A DNA stretch of 64,000 nt, taken from Octopus sinensis. Lineage: Eukaryota. Positions within the stretch are counted from its first letter, which is position 1. Each line of letters opens with the position of its first letter. Positions 12,559 through 25,819 of this stretch are shown here, one piece after another. The notes below the pieces were generated by a model. The model was not told where the DNA came from and ran no database searches. It saw nothing but the letters and a program-made list of their open reading frames with translations. The stretch covers positions 24,552,001 to 24,616,000 of the forward strand of contig NC_043010.1 in NCBI RefSeq assembly GCF_006345805.1. The letters run 5' to 3'. Both the position numbers and the translations under genes were made by a program.

Positions 12559-12946
12559 AATAATCATAACAATAATGATTATAATTATAATGCAAGGGGA
12601 GATGAAAATGTTAAATTGTTGATAGACCTGAAGAAGAGTCTGTTTGAAAGCTTGATGGGGTAAGCATTTAGAGTCAGCTTCAAATATGTGTGTGTATATA
12701 TAAATATATATGTGGATATATGTATATGTATGTATATATACAGACACACATACACTCACACACACTAATATAGTACAGAACATCTATCGTGTTTGCCTTT
12801 AATGCACATGTGTGTATAAATACACACATATATATGCACACGTGCATACATACATATATATTTACATGCACTTATACATACATATATACATACATACTTA
12901 CATGCACACATACATGCACGCATATACACACACATACATACATACA

Positions 12947-12980
<34 letters not shown>

Positions 12981-13399
12981 CATACATACATACATACATA
13001 CATACATACATACATACATACATACATACATACATACACACTCGAGTATGTGTAGTGTGTATAATATACGTTTGAAAATCGAAAAAGAAAAATATTTCAA
13101 ACGAAGCAGAGAAGGGGTTGGAGGTGAGACTATCGGCGTGACAGACAGACTGAATGGCAAGGGATGGGTGGGGTTTGGGACGAGCTATAGCGATTGAAGA
13201 GTGTGTGAGAGAAATAAACGAGACGTGGAAGCTTGAGATAAGAACTTTAAGGATTGAATACGACTTGAAAGGCTGCAGCAGACGGTCACTTTGCTTAGGG
13301 CTAAATACAAATGGTGGATATGAGGGATTAGGGAAGGGGCCGGGGGGCCGGGGGGCAGCGAAATAGACAGATGCAGAGGTTGATACTGATGATGAGGAT

Positions 13400-14060
13400 G
13401 AGGGTGGTAGTCGGGGTGGGGGAGTGGGATGGAGTGGGGTGGAGGGTGGGAGGGGTGGGAGGGGTGGGAGGGGTTGATAATGATGATGGTAGCGGTGGTA
13501 GTGGTGGTGGTGGCTGCGGTGGTAGTGGTGGTGGTTGTGGTGATGGTAGTGATGGTGGTTGCATCAACGGAGAAGATAAAGGAGAAGTAGGAGGAGGAGG
13601 AAAGTAATATAGGAAAATGTGGTCTTTGTGGTAGTTTGTCGTCGGGAAGGCTGAGTTGAATTAATTAGTGGTGGAGGTGGTGGTGTTCATGGCGGTGGTG
13701 GTGATGGTGGTGGTGGTGGTGGATGCGACATCAGTGGTGGCGAAGACAAGGTGACCGTAGCAGTGGTGATCGTGATGTTGCTGATAATGATGGTGTTGAT
13801 GATGGTGATGGTGGTGGTGGTGGTGGTGGTGGTGATGGTATGCGATGGTGATGGTGATGGTGATGGTGATTGTGATGGTAGCGCTGGTGGAGAGTGGTAC
13901 TGCTGCTGCTGTTGGGGGGAGTAGTGGTTGTTGTTGTGGGGGGGGTGTTGGTAGTGGTGTCGTTTTGGAGACTGTGAAGTGCAAGTGATTAAAAGAAGTA
14001 CATAGAGAAGATATTGCATATTAAAAAGGGAGGAGGAGGAGGAGGAGGAGGAGGAGGGGT
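13400..14060. repeat. Compound (GGT)n/(GAT)n/(GGA)n low-complexity tract
   Basis: Direct reading; explains the poly-P/H/T ORFs. Confidence 0.9.
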
Positions 14061-14647
14061 GAAGTATGACGGGGTAGGAGGGGGAAGGAACAGAGCCGAA
14101 ATGGTGCCGCAGACAACTCATAAATACTTCATTATTTGATGTTCTTCAAGATAACAGCGCATGCGCCTAAATACGCACGTGTGTGTGTATGCATACGTGT
14201 ATGCATGAGTATGTGTGTGTATGTATGTGTTAGTGTGTGTGTGTGTGTGTTAGTGTGTGTGTGTGAAAGAGAAAGAGTAGCCGACATAAAGTGTTGGAGG
14301 AGGAGAGGGGAGGAGAACGATGGAAGTCATAGACGGAGACAAACGGACAGACACATAGACGCTCACTTACATACAGGCATACATATGCATACATACATAT
14401 ACAAACATACATACATGCATTTATACATACACACACATACATACCCACACACACATGCATACATACATATATGCATACACACACATATATGCATACGTAC
14501 ATACATACATACATACATACATACATACATACATACATACATACATACAAACGTACACAAGTGCATTCATAAATGTAGAAGGAACATGGACAAGTTTACA
14601 GTCACATACACTCTCAAAACACCACTACATACATACATATATCTAGG

Positions 14648-14698
<51 letters not shown>

Positions 14699-14740
14699 TG
14701 ACAGACAAACAGGTAGATAGATGCATACATACATATATAT

Positions 14741-14808
<68 letters not shown>

Positions 14809-14837
14809 AGATAGATAGATAGATAGATAGACGGGTA

Positions 14838-14882
<45 letters not shown>

Positions 14883-15074
14883 GCAAAAGGACTTCCCACT
14901 GCAATGAACTCTAGCGAGCGATTATGACTACAGTGAATGATCGCAAACGGTAATAACTGCAGTGGACTCCAGGCACGGTAATAACTATAGTGAACTGTAG
15001 CAAAAGAAATAACAGCAGTGAACAAACAGTAATAACTGCTGTAAATTGTTCTTTCCGCAATAAATACTCTCGAG

Positions 15075-15432
15075 GCTGGTATTTATTTCAACGAACCCGA
15101 AAGAATGGAAAGCAAGGTCGATCTCGTCCAATTTAAACTGAGAATGTAAAAACCAGAAGAAATACCGTGAAGCATTTTGTCCGATGTTCCAACGATTCTG
15201 CCAGCTTGTCTGCTGCCTTATTTACAGTAATTAATGATTTCAATTTTAATTAATTAATAATTTCAAATTTTAGCACAAGGCCAGCAAATTCGAGAAAGTC
15301 GACTACATTGACTCTAGTTGGTGCTCATTTTATCGACCCAGAAGGAGTGAAAGGCAAAATCGACCACGGTGGGATTTGAACTCAGAATGGACGAGATATC
15401 GCTAAGCATTTCGCCCAGCGTGCTAACGATTC
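15075..15432 (-). mobile_element. Two decayed family A SINE copies
   Basis: Reverse-complement core ttatcgacccagaaggagtgaaaggcaaaatcgac and head gattctgccagct. Confidence 0.7.
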
Positions 15433-15660
15433 TTTTTTACTTTAGGGACAAGGCCTGAAATTTGGGGGTAGCAACTGATACTTAATTTATCGACCCTGAT
15501 AACGGTTCTGCCAGCTCGCCGCTTTAACTACAGTGAATAATGACTTTGGTAAAAACTATAATGAGGTATAGAAACGTATAGTACTAGTTGCGTACTGGGG
15601 TCAATCGACTGTCCCCCACCACAAAAATTTGGGGCCTTGTACCTAGCTAGAGTAGAAAAG

Positions 15661-16025
15661 CGGCGAGCTGGCAGAAACGCTTGCATGCCGGGCGAAATGC
15701 GTAGCTGTATTTTGTCTGCCGCCACGTTCTGAGTTCAAATTCCGTTGAGGTCGACTTTGCCTTTCATCCTTTCGGGGTCGATTAAATAAGTGCCAGTTAC
15801 GCACTGGAGTCGATGTAATCGTCTTAATCCGTTTGTCTGTCCTTGTTTGTCCTCTGTGTTTAGCCCCTTGTGGGTAGTAAAGAAATAGGTATTTCGTATG
15901 CAGGCTACGTTCTGAGTTCAAATTCCACCGAGGTCGACTTTGCCTTTCATCCTTTCGGGGTCAATAAATTAAGTACCAGTTGCATACTGGAGTCGGTCTA
16001 ATCGACTGGCCTCTTGCCCCAGAAA
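15661..16025 (+). mobile_element. Family A SINE with a duplicated core (dimeric form)
   Basis: gttctgagttcaaattcc...gaggtcgactttgcctttcatcctttcggggtc occurs twice, at ~15727 and ~15909. Confidence 0.8.
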
Positions 16026-16131
16026 GTTGGTAGACGGTTTAAAATAGTTTTAAATATCTTTATTCCGTGAATTTGTTAACAATATTGAATGAGTTGAGCC
16101 GTTCTTTAGTTCTTTATGTTTGAAGATCATG

Positions 16132-16220
16132 AATTCATCTGAAGAATATAGTTTCTTTATAATGATGTTAAGTTCTCATTAATCAATTAAAGGAGTCGTT
16201 GGAAACGGCCGTAAGGAATT
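16132..16220 (+). ncRNA. Decayed type I hammerhead ribozyme
   Basis: CTGAAGA 16139-16145; GAAA 16202-16205; palindromic stem III ACGGCCGT; GUA site; stem I AATTCAT/AGGAATT (6 of 7 paired); base of stem II disrupted. Confidence 0.45.
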
Positions 16221-16498
16221 GACACGTGTACCTCTTTGTTATACAAATTTTATTCACCTATCCTAGAATCTACGCTTCGTAAATATTATAGACAGTATTT
16301 TTAATATAAAGTACATGTCTGAATAGCTAAGAGCAGAGTTCTTCACTCGGTTGGGTCTTATTATCTGCAGACACTGCAAGAACCCCATGTGGCCGGCCCT
16401 TATGCACCAAATCTGATATTCACTGAACATTGCTGAGTATACATGTTACTCAGACCTAATAAGTGCCTTAATTTAAGAACCTAATTCAACTGACTCTC

Positions 16499-16532
<34 letters not shown>

Positions 16533-16534
16533 TC

Positions 16535-16651
<117 letters not shown>

Positions 16652-16765
16652 CAGAAATGTGTATGTATGTGTGTGTGTGTTCGCGTGCGTGCGCGAAAAT
16701 AATCATTTTACACATTTGCACATTCGCCGACAACGTAAGTCTTCTCTAACGGCCTAAGGTAGGAC

Positions 16766-16845
<80 letters not shown>

Positions 16846-17619
16846 CGACAGCAGCGACAATAACAACAACAACAGCAACAGCTGCAATAGCAACAACAAG
16901 CCATTGCCTAACGAAACGATACTCTGTGAAATGGATTTCTCTTAGCTCCGTCATACTTCGACACAATTTACAGCAGTAGCAGCAGAACCAGCTCCAGCAG
17001 TAGATTACTTTAGTAATTACCAATTCTCTAACAAGATCTCCATTGTTCTCGTTCGCTACGTGATCCTCAATATAGATTGGAAATATGACAGACATATTCA
17101 TTCATCAAATTGAAGAACAAATGATGGCGTACATGTTGGGTAATCGACTTTAAAAAATGTCAGCGTTCTTTTTTTAATTGCAAATTATACATGTCAGCGT
17201 AGGCAATTAGTTGACACATTATCATGACATAACCAACCTATAACATAGTTGTATTCCTGGCAGCCAAACTTTCATTTTGTCTTATCTTTCAGCTGTTAAG
17301 ATTTGCCGAGAGAATGAAGACAACTGACACTAGCTAAGGTCGTAAAAGTGACGTAAGATAACGCAGCGAAATCTGCAAAGCGTAGGAACAGAAGCTATCC
17401 CATAAAACCTCCAGCTTTGTTCCTGTAAAAGTATCATGCTCCGGCTTCGTGAAATGTTAGATTTTTATCATCCAGTATTCTTTACGTCCGCCTTATACTC
17501 GTTTTTCATTGAACCACAAGCTTTTGCTTCGACCACGGCGACAACATCTACCACCAACACCACCGTCTTCCACTTCACCAGCTCTCTTCTTTCCTTATAA
17601 CCTATTCTTCACTCTCTAA

Positions 17620-17788
17620 ACTATTTAATGTATCCGCATACATATATATATACATATACATACACACACACACACATACATATATACACAAACACATACA
17701 CACACACATACATATCTGTATATATAATATATATATATATGTAATATATATATATAATATATAATATATATATAATATATATATATAG

Positions 17789-17829
<41 letters not shown>

Positions 17830-17874
17830 TATGATATATATATAATATATATATATATATATAATATATAATAG

Positions 17875-17954
<80 letters not shown>

Positions 17955-18193
17955 TTATATATATAATATAATATATAATTATAATAATATATATATAATA
18001 TATATATAATATATAATATATATAATATAATATATATATATATAATAATATATATATATCTATATATATATAATATATATATATAATATATAATATATAT
18101 ATAATATATATATATGTGTGTGTGTGTGTATATACACATACGTATATGTACATACTTACATCTATACGTGTATATATATATATATATTATATA

Positions 18194-18260
<67 letters not shown>

Positions 18261-18280
18261 CATACATACATATACATACT
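17620..18280. repeat. Long interrupted (TA)n/(CA)n microsatellite
   Basis: Direct reading. Confidence 0.95.
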
Positions 18281-18318
18281 GGCATAGATGTGGCAACATT
18301 TGAAATTTTGTCTAGGTA

Positions 18319-18391
18319 AGTGCAGCTGATGAAGACTAATCAAATCTACGTTGTCAAACGTATTTGAAGAGTCTGAAACCGGTTCTGCATT
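18319..18391 (+). ncRNA. Type I hammerhead ribozyme, intact fold
   Basis: Stem I AGTGCAG/CTGCATT; CTGATGA 18326-18332; stem II AGACT/AGTCT with inner hairpin tcaaat..acgtt-gtca-aacgt..atttga; GAAA 18375-18378; palindromic stem III ACCGGT; GUU site at 18384. Confidence 0.85.
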
Positions 18392-18593
18392 ATCCGATTC
18401 TAGGTTTTCCATTTATCAGATGTTCTTCCTAGAGGTAAGACAAATTTTTTTCATGTTTGTTGCACACACGCGTCTTTGCTAGTATATACGCAGTGAAGCT
18501 ATACAATAGCGTCGTATTTATTACGATTGCTATTTTCCAGTAAATATCGGTGCCTCGTTGTACCATTTATTTACTTATATATATATATAGATA

Positions 18594-18638
<45 letters not shown>

Positions 18639-18660
18639 AATAATATATATATATATATAT

Positions 18661-18900
18661 TGGGGACGCATGGCCTGGTGTTTAGGGTGTTTCACTCACG
18701 ATCGCGTGATCTTGGTTTCAGTTCCTACACCTGGTGGTGCTTCGTGTTCTTGAGTAAAACACTTCATCTCACGTTACTCGGTGATCACTTCGACACCTGA
18801 CACGTGGAACACCATGCACCTGTTCAGGTAAACGTCGATTTGATGGAGTTAATGTACAGCATATAAACAATAAACAAATCATTTGTGCAGGCAAAAGTTG
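18661..18900 (+). mobile_element. tRNA-derived SINE, family C-like
   Basis: tRNA-like head gcatggcctggtgtttaggg...ggtttcagttcct, then gtgttcttgagtaaaacacttcatctcacgtt. Confidence 0.65.
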
Positions 18901-18930
18901 AACGCACAAGCGCCGTCTTCGACAGGAGAG

Positions 18931-18967
<37 letters not shown>

Positions 18968-19046
18968 TTGTATGTGTATGTATGTATATATATATATGTA
19001 TGTGTGAGTGCATGTATGCATATACATATATTCCTAAATATATATA

Positions 19047-20181
19047 GTCTCTTTCTTGGCTACATTGAGACCCAAGTGTTCTCCCAGTTCTCTGGGCCGA
19101 CCCCCGAACTATACGGTCGCTATATCGACGACTGCGTAGGTGCCACCTCCCTTTCCCGTGAACTTCTCTGCCAATTCATCTCTTTCCTTTCCAACTTTCA
19201 CCCCTCCCTTCAATTCACCTCCACCATCTCCAACACCTCTGTCAACTTCCTTGACATCTCTCTCCGCATCGATCACCCCTCCAGATCTCTCACCACCACC
19301 GCCTTTTTTAAACCTACGGATTCCCACCTCTATCTCAACTTCTCTTCCTCCCACCCCTTCCACACCAAACGAGCCATCCCCTACTCCCAGTTCCTCCGCC
19401 TCCGACGTTTGTGCAGCCGCGACCAGGATTTCGAGACCCAATCTCAATACCTGGCCCGCATGTTCAGACTCCGAGGTTACCCACCCATACTCCTCTCTGA
19501 TGCCCTCACCCGCGCCCGTCGCATCGACCGCACTACCGCCCTGTCTCCTTCCCCCCGCCCACGCCCCAACCGCACCCCCTTCCCCTCCTTTTCCACCCCT
19601 CTACCCTACCCCTTCGTCGCAAGATACTACGTGCCTTCCGTCGCCTCCAGCTTGATCCCACCACCCGCCCTTTTCCCTAACCTACCCCTGTCCTCTTTCA
19701 AACGAGCCCGCAATCTGCGTGACCTCCTGGTCCACAGCACCCTCTCTCCTTCCCCCTCAGCCCCACACGGATCATTCCCTTGCTCTAGATCCCGCTGCAA
19801 CACTTGCCCCTTCATCACCAACACCACCGCTGTCACCGGCTCCAACTGCACACTGTACGCATTAGGCACTCTTTTACGTGCACCTCGTCTGGCCTTATTT
19901 ACTGCATTAAATGCAACCTATGCGGGATGCTGTATGTAGGACAGACGGGACGCCGGTTGTCCGACCGTTTCACTGAGCACTTAAGGGACGTTCGCCTACA
20001 CTCTCTTTCTCCCGTCGCACGCCACTTCCGCTCGGCCGGCCATTCCCTAGATGACATCTCAGTGTTTGGTCTCGCCCCCCACCAAGGTCGCCCACTTTCC
20101 AGGCTCCACTTGGAGCAACGCTACATCTTCACCCTTCAAACTACCACCCCACACGGACTTAACACAGCCCCCTCCTCTTGA
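19047..20181 (+). pseudogene. Penelope RT C-terminus + GIY-YIG endonuclease, frameshifted
   Basis: YGRYIDD, VNFLDI, FFKPTDSHLYLNFSSSHP, IPYSQFLRLRRLCS, RGYP; LIYCIKCNLCGMLYVGQTGRRLSDRFTEH...EQRYIFTLQTTTPHGLN; frameshift near 19860 and a probable compensating pair at ~19575 and ~19665. Confidence 0.93.
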
Positions 20182-20199
20182 GATCTGTTTTTTTTTTTT

Positions 20200-23010
20200 T
20201 TTTTTTTTGGCACACCACCCCACACACACACCCACCTGCCTCCCACACGCACACACACACCACCCACCTACCTCCCACACACACACCCAACCACCTACCT
20301 CCCACACGCCTGTTCACACACACACATACGCAGACCCATTTACGTACATACATTCACACATTTAATCACACACACTTACAGACATACTAGCACACACTAA
20401 CATACAAACCAACATGCACATACACCACACATACATACATACGCACACACATACATACTTACACACACACACACACACAGACATACATACACACATACAC
20501 ACACACATACATACGCGCATACATACCACACTCACACACACACACACACCGCACGTACATACTTCACACACACACACATGCAAACATACATGTAGGCACA
20601 TACATACATACATGCCCACACATGCACACCCTTACACTGAATGCACACACACATACACCTTTTTGCATCCAGGCAGCCCCCCTCTCTTTTCTGCTTTCCG
20701 GTTTTGGCTGATGGATCCTCGTTCCCGCGTAGCGGGGCGTTCGAGGGCCTTTGCGCTCGCGCGCCTTGGCGCGCGCTGGGGGCTTGGTCGGCCCCTTGGG
20801 CTTGCGTTGTACTGCTTGTGCGTTGTGTGCGTGAGCGCGCTTTGTGCGTGTGGGCTTGCTTCGGATGTGCGCGTACGTATTGTATGCATACATACCCACA
20901 CACTCGCATGCATCCCTACCCACATACATACACGCACACCTACTCACACACACACATACACACACATACCTGCACACACACACACATACATACATACACA
21001 TACATACCTACTTCAGACATACACACACACAGACATACACCCATACACTCACACTCACACGCATACACACACACACACATACACACGCACACGTACACAT
21101 ACACACACACACACACACCTACATACATACATCACACTTGTATACACACACACTTACATTCATACACACACACACCTACACAGCCATACCCTCACTCAGA
21201 CACACACATCTACCTACACACACACAAACACACACGGACACACACCCATACATACATACATCTACACACACACGCCTACACACATACATACACACATACA
21301 TAAACACACACCTACACATATACACACATACGCACACACACATATACTTATACACATGCACACACACACACCATACATACAACACCATATACATACATAC
21401 ACACATACCCACATACTCCTATACGCACATACATACACAAAGACATACACACTTACACACTCACACAAACATACACACACACATACTTACACACACACTC
21501 ACCTGCACGCGCACACACATGCATGACAAACACCCATACACTCACACTCACATACGCACACACACAACATAAACACGCACACGCACACACACACCTACAC
21601 TCCCACACACATACACACGCACCTACATACACACACGCACGCATACACACGCATACACACATACATTACACACGTACACACACACCCACATACACATGCA
21701 TACACACACACACAAAAACATGCACGGACACACCCAGACATACACACATACACCTATATACACACGCCCACACACCTACATACACACACATATACACACG
21801 CCCACACACCTACATACACACACATACATACTTACATACATACACCTATACACACACGCCTACACACCTACATACACACACATGCATACACACACACACA
21901 CATGTACGCACATACACACACATATACGCACATACATATATACCCACACACATGCACACACACACACACATACGCACATGCATGCATGCATGCACACGCG
22001 CACACCTACACGCATACACACACACACACGCACGTACACATACATACATACACACACGCATACATACACCCATACACATACATGCATCCGACACACACAT
22101 ACATACACACTCACACATACATACACACACACACACTCACTCACACACCTGTATGTACGCGCACACACATGCACATACACACACTTCCCCCACACCACAC
22201 GTACATACATACACACTCACACCATACACACAGACACACGGACATACATCTATGCACACACATACATACACACATACTCACATACATTCATCGGACACAC
22301 TGCCACCCAGACATACACACAGACACACTCACACATCCCACACATACATACTTACGCGCATACTCGCAGGCACGCGCACATACGCACTTGCGCCGGCTCG
22401 CGCTGCATACGCGCCGCATACACCTCGCCCTTGGTGACCTGACGAGACCTCCCGCCCGTTCCTGGGACCGTCGCGTGTCGTTGGTTTTCCCACGCCTGTC
22501 TCCGCGGTACCACTCTTCCATCTTCCCCTCAGCTGGAGTCCTTTTTTCCTTACCCCCCCCCCTTTTTTCGTTACACACACGCGCACACATATACACACCT
22601 GCCTATATATATACATCACTCTTACACACATTCAATCTACTCGCCATTAATACCACCACGACACTGGACACACACACACACACTACTACACAACACACGC
22701 TGGCACGCTACATACGACGCCCCCACACCCCCCACCCCTTCCCCTCCCTCCTTCCTCCTTCCTTCTTTCTTACTACTGACCTCCCTTCCTCCTTCCTTCT
22801 TTTTCTTACTACTGACCTCCTCCCTTCCTCCTTCCTTCTTTTTCTTAGTACTGACCTCTCTGCTAGCTGACCACTAGTCTCGCCCTACCTCACACGCCTA
22901 CACACAGACGCACACACTAACACACACATATTTTTTGTTTTTTCATCTCGCCTCACAACACACACATACACACACGCACATGCACACACTCACACATACA
23001 CACACATCTG
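20200..23010. repeat. Complex degenerate (CA/CATA/CACG)n tract with two GC-rich islands
   Basis: Direct reading; islands at ~20660-20880 and ~22390-22570. Confidence 0.9.
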
Positions 23011-23180
23011 TTGGGTTACCAACCTTGTCTCCACTCTTTTGCCTTTAAAACCCACTTTGCTCTTGTTATCGTCAACATCCGCCTTTCACACATGTGCAAC
23101 TCGTAAACACCAGTCGTCTTTTTTCTCTTTCCCTGTTGCCCGCTCTGGGATCTTTCTTTCCTCTCTCTTCCTTCTTTATG

Positions 23181-23214
23181 TTTCCGACGAAGAGCTCCGC
23201 TCGAAACGTCATAC
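23181..23214 (+). ncRNA. Minimal Penelope-type hammerhead (U4C variant)
   Basis: CCGACGA-A-GAGC-tcc-GCTC-GAAA-CG-TC; palindromic ACGT stem III; weak stem I. Confidence 0.65.
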
Positions 23215-23309
23215 CTCCCTGCTTCCATCTCCTGAGCGCCTATTAATTAATATACTGTAATTGTTCCTGTTGTTGTTGTTTTTTTTTGTTTCCCCTTTTG
23301 GATTAAAAT

Positions 23310-23340
<31 letters not shown>

Positions 23341-24470
23341 TATGTGGTGTGTGTGTGTGTGGTGTGTGCATATGTGTACATAGAGTGTGTGTATGTTTAC
23401 ATACGTATGTGTGTGCGTGAAAGAGAGAGAGAGAGAGAGAGAGAAGAGAGAGAGACCGTCAATTTTCATGGCTTAAGGTCCAGACAGTTGTGTCAAGTTG
23501 ATGAATATCCTTCTGAAGAAATTGTGCCGAAGCCTATCATATGGCTTTACAGTCCAAGGGTACATAATTCTCATTCTCCACCACCACCGCCCCATTTTTT
23601 CTCTTTTCTTTTCAGGAATTTTCAAACTTCCACCTTTAACCTTCCACTTTCTTCTCGTCTATCCTCGTAATTTCTGTTATTTTATCGTCCTGTTTTAGGT
23701 TTTATATGTCATGTGGGCAAACTCTGAGGACTGCCGAAGGCACCAGACGTGTTATAAAATGCCGAGTCGTTATCATCGCGTGAAACTATTGGTTGTTCAT
23801 AAAAATATATATGGTGTTTATTAAGCAATTATACACGTGCGCGCTCACAGACACACACACCTGGGATATCTTTAATTGTCGGTCAGCAGAATCAAAGATA
23901 GCCTAGGGTTAAACAACAACAGCAGCAACAACGGCAGCGGAAACTACACACCTGCCTATTGTATCTTCTGCAGAAATGGCACCTGATCTTATGCAGTAAC
24001 ACAGATGTTTTGTTGTTCGATTACTCTTATTGTACTCTTGTTATTTGCATTTTCTTTTCATTTAGTTTACGCATTTAGTATGACAAGAATGGAACAGCGT
24101 TGGACTGAGATAAGTTCCAACGTTTTTCTATGTCTTTCTATGCTCCCTTTCCATGTTCTATCGAAATTTAGGTTGGCATTCTGTATCATAGAGACGTTCA
24201 GATAAATACCCGTGTATGGAGGATTAATTCATAGACACAGACACACACATATATACATATATGTGTGTGTATACATATTTATATATGAATGAATATAGAG
24301 AGAGAGGAGAGAGAGAGGAAGGATGGAGGGAGAGATAGAGAGAGTGATACATATACAAGCACAAACATATATAAATATACACAAATTTATATATGTATAT
24401 ATACATGTGTGTATCTGTGCATGCATGTATGGTCATTTCTCTCTCTCCCCCTCTCTCTCTCTCTCTCTCG

Positions 24471-24510
<40 letters not shown>

Positions 24511-24651
24511 ATACACATACACACATATACATGTATATACACATATATATAACTCTCCATCTGTTTGTTGATCTACTTAGCTAGCTATATGGCTATTTAT
24601 TCATTTTTTCATTCATTTATTTACTTATACCTACGTTACTTCTACATCTAT

Positions 24652-24691
<40 letters not shown>

Positions 24692-24751
24692 ATATATATA
24701 TATATATCTATCTATCTGTCTGTCTGTCTGTCTGTTTGTCTCTCTATTTAA

Positions 24752-24822
<71 letters not shown>

Positions 24823-25080
24823 CCTGTCTCTCTACCTGTCTATCTATCTATCTATCTATCTCTTTCTCTCTGTCTGTCCATCTTTATATCTATGTGTCCA
24901 TCAATTAACTTCCCATATAGCTATTCCCTTATTTATTTACCAGTGTCTATACTTCGCTTTCCCTCCCTCTATTTCTCTCTGCCTTTCTCTCAATCTTTTT
25001 ACCTATCTCTCCATCAGCTTAGCTCTCTTTCTCTACCAATATATTAAGTTATCTATTTTCCCTCTCTGATCTTCTTTCTT

Positions 25081-25113
<33 letters not shown>

Positions 25114-25169
25114 ATATATATATATATATTAATCTATCTACCTATCTATTAATATCTATATATATATGC

Positions 25170-25200
<31 letters not shown>

Positions 25201-25406
25201 CATTTATACATATGTGTGTGTGTGTATAAATGTATATATATATCTCTTTTTCTTTCTCTCTTTGTCTGTCATCCCCTTTCTCTCTCTGTCTTTTTCTTCA
25301 TATACGTACATATAAATACATACATACATCCTCACACATGTGTACACACATACACACATACACACACACACGCGCACGCACGCACGCACACAGACACACA
25401 CACACG

Positions 25407-25455
<49 letters not shown>

Positions 25456-25699
25456 ATTTATTTACTCTCACTTATTCACCAAATTGACATTAAATTAAGG
25501 AGGTTTGTTGATAGGTTCATCACCGTTGACATTTACCGTATGGATGTGGCAGCAGCAAAACTAATTCTTTCATTCTTCTTCGTTTTCTTCACTTCTTTTT
25601 GTTTTTAAATTATCTTCTCTTTCTTTTTTCTTTTTATTTTTTTCTGCGCAACCATCACTTTTATCAGCATCAACACCGCAACCACTAGAAGCATAACCA

Positions 25700-25751
25700 C
25701 AATATTGTCATCATACCACCTCCACCACTACAACAACAACAACATTAACTG

Positions 25752-25819
<68 letters not shown>

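Larger units (their letters stand above)
19047..23310 (+). mobile_element. 5'-truncated Penelope-like element with a long CA-rich 3' region and terminal pLTR
   Basis: RT + GIY-YIG coding at 19047-20181; C-rich strand bias continues to a pLTR-like end with a minimal hammerhead at 23184; TA-rich tracts on both sides. The 3' extent is inferred. Confidence 0.75.

Noticed and set aside
12628-12660. CTGAAGAAGAG..TTTGAAAGCTT minimal hammerhead-like motif
   Set aside because: Stems I and II are too weak
14905-15050. Repeat-spacer pattern (taataactgcagtgaac-like x5 with variable linkers), CRISPR-like at a glance
   Set aside because: Repeats are short and degenerate, spacers are only 5-13 nt, there are no cas genes and the context is eukaryotic; a decayed minisatellite
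17299-17345. Good splice acceptor (ttttgtcttatctttcag)
   Set aside because: Stops in all three frames and only a weak donor
22438-22500. CTGACGAG in the second GC island as a hammerhead core
   Set aside because: No GAAA after any candidate stem II
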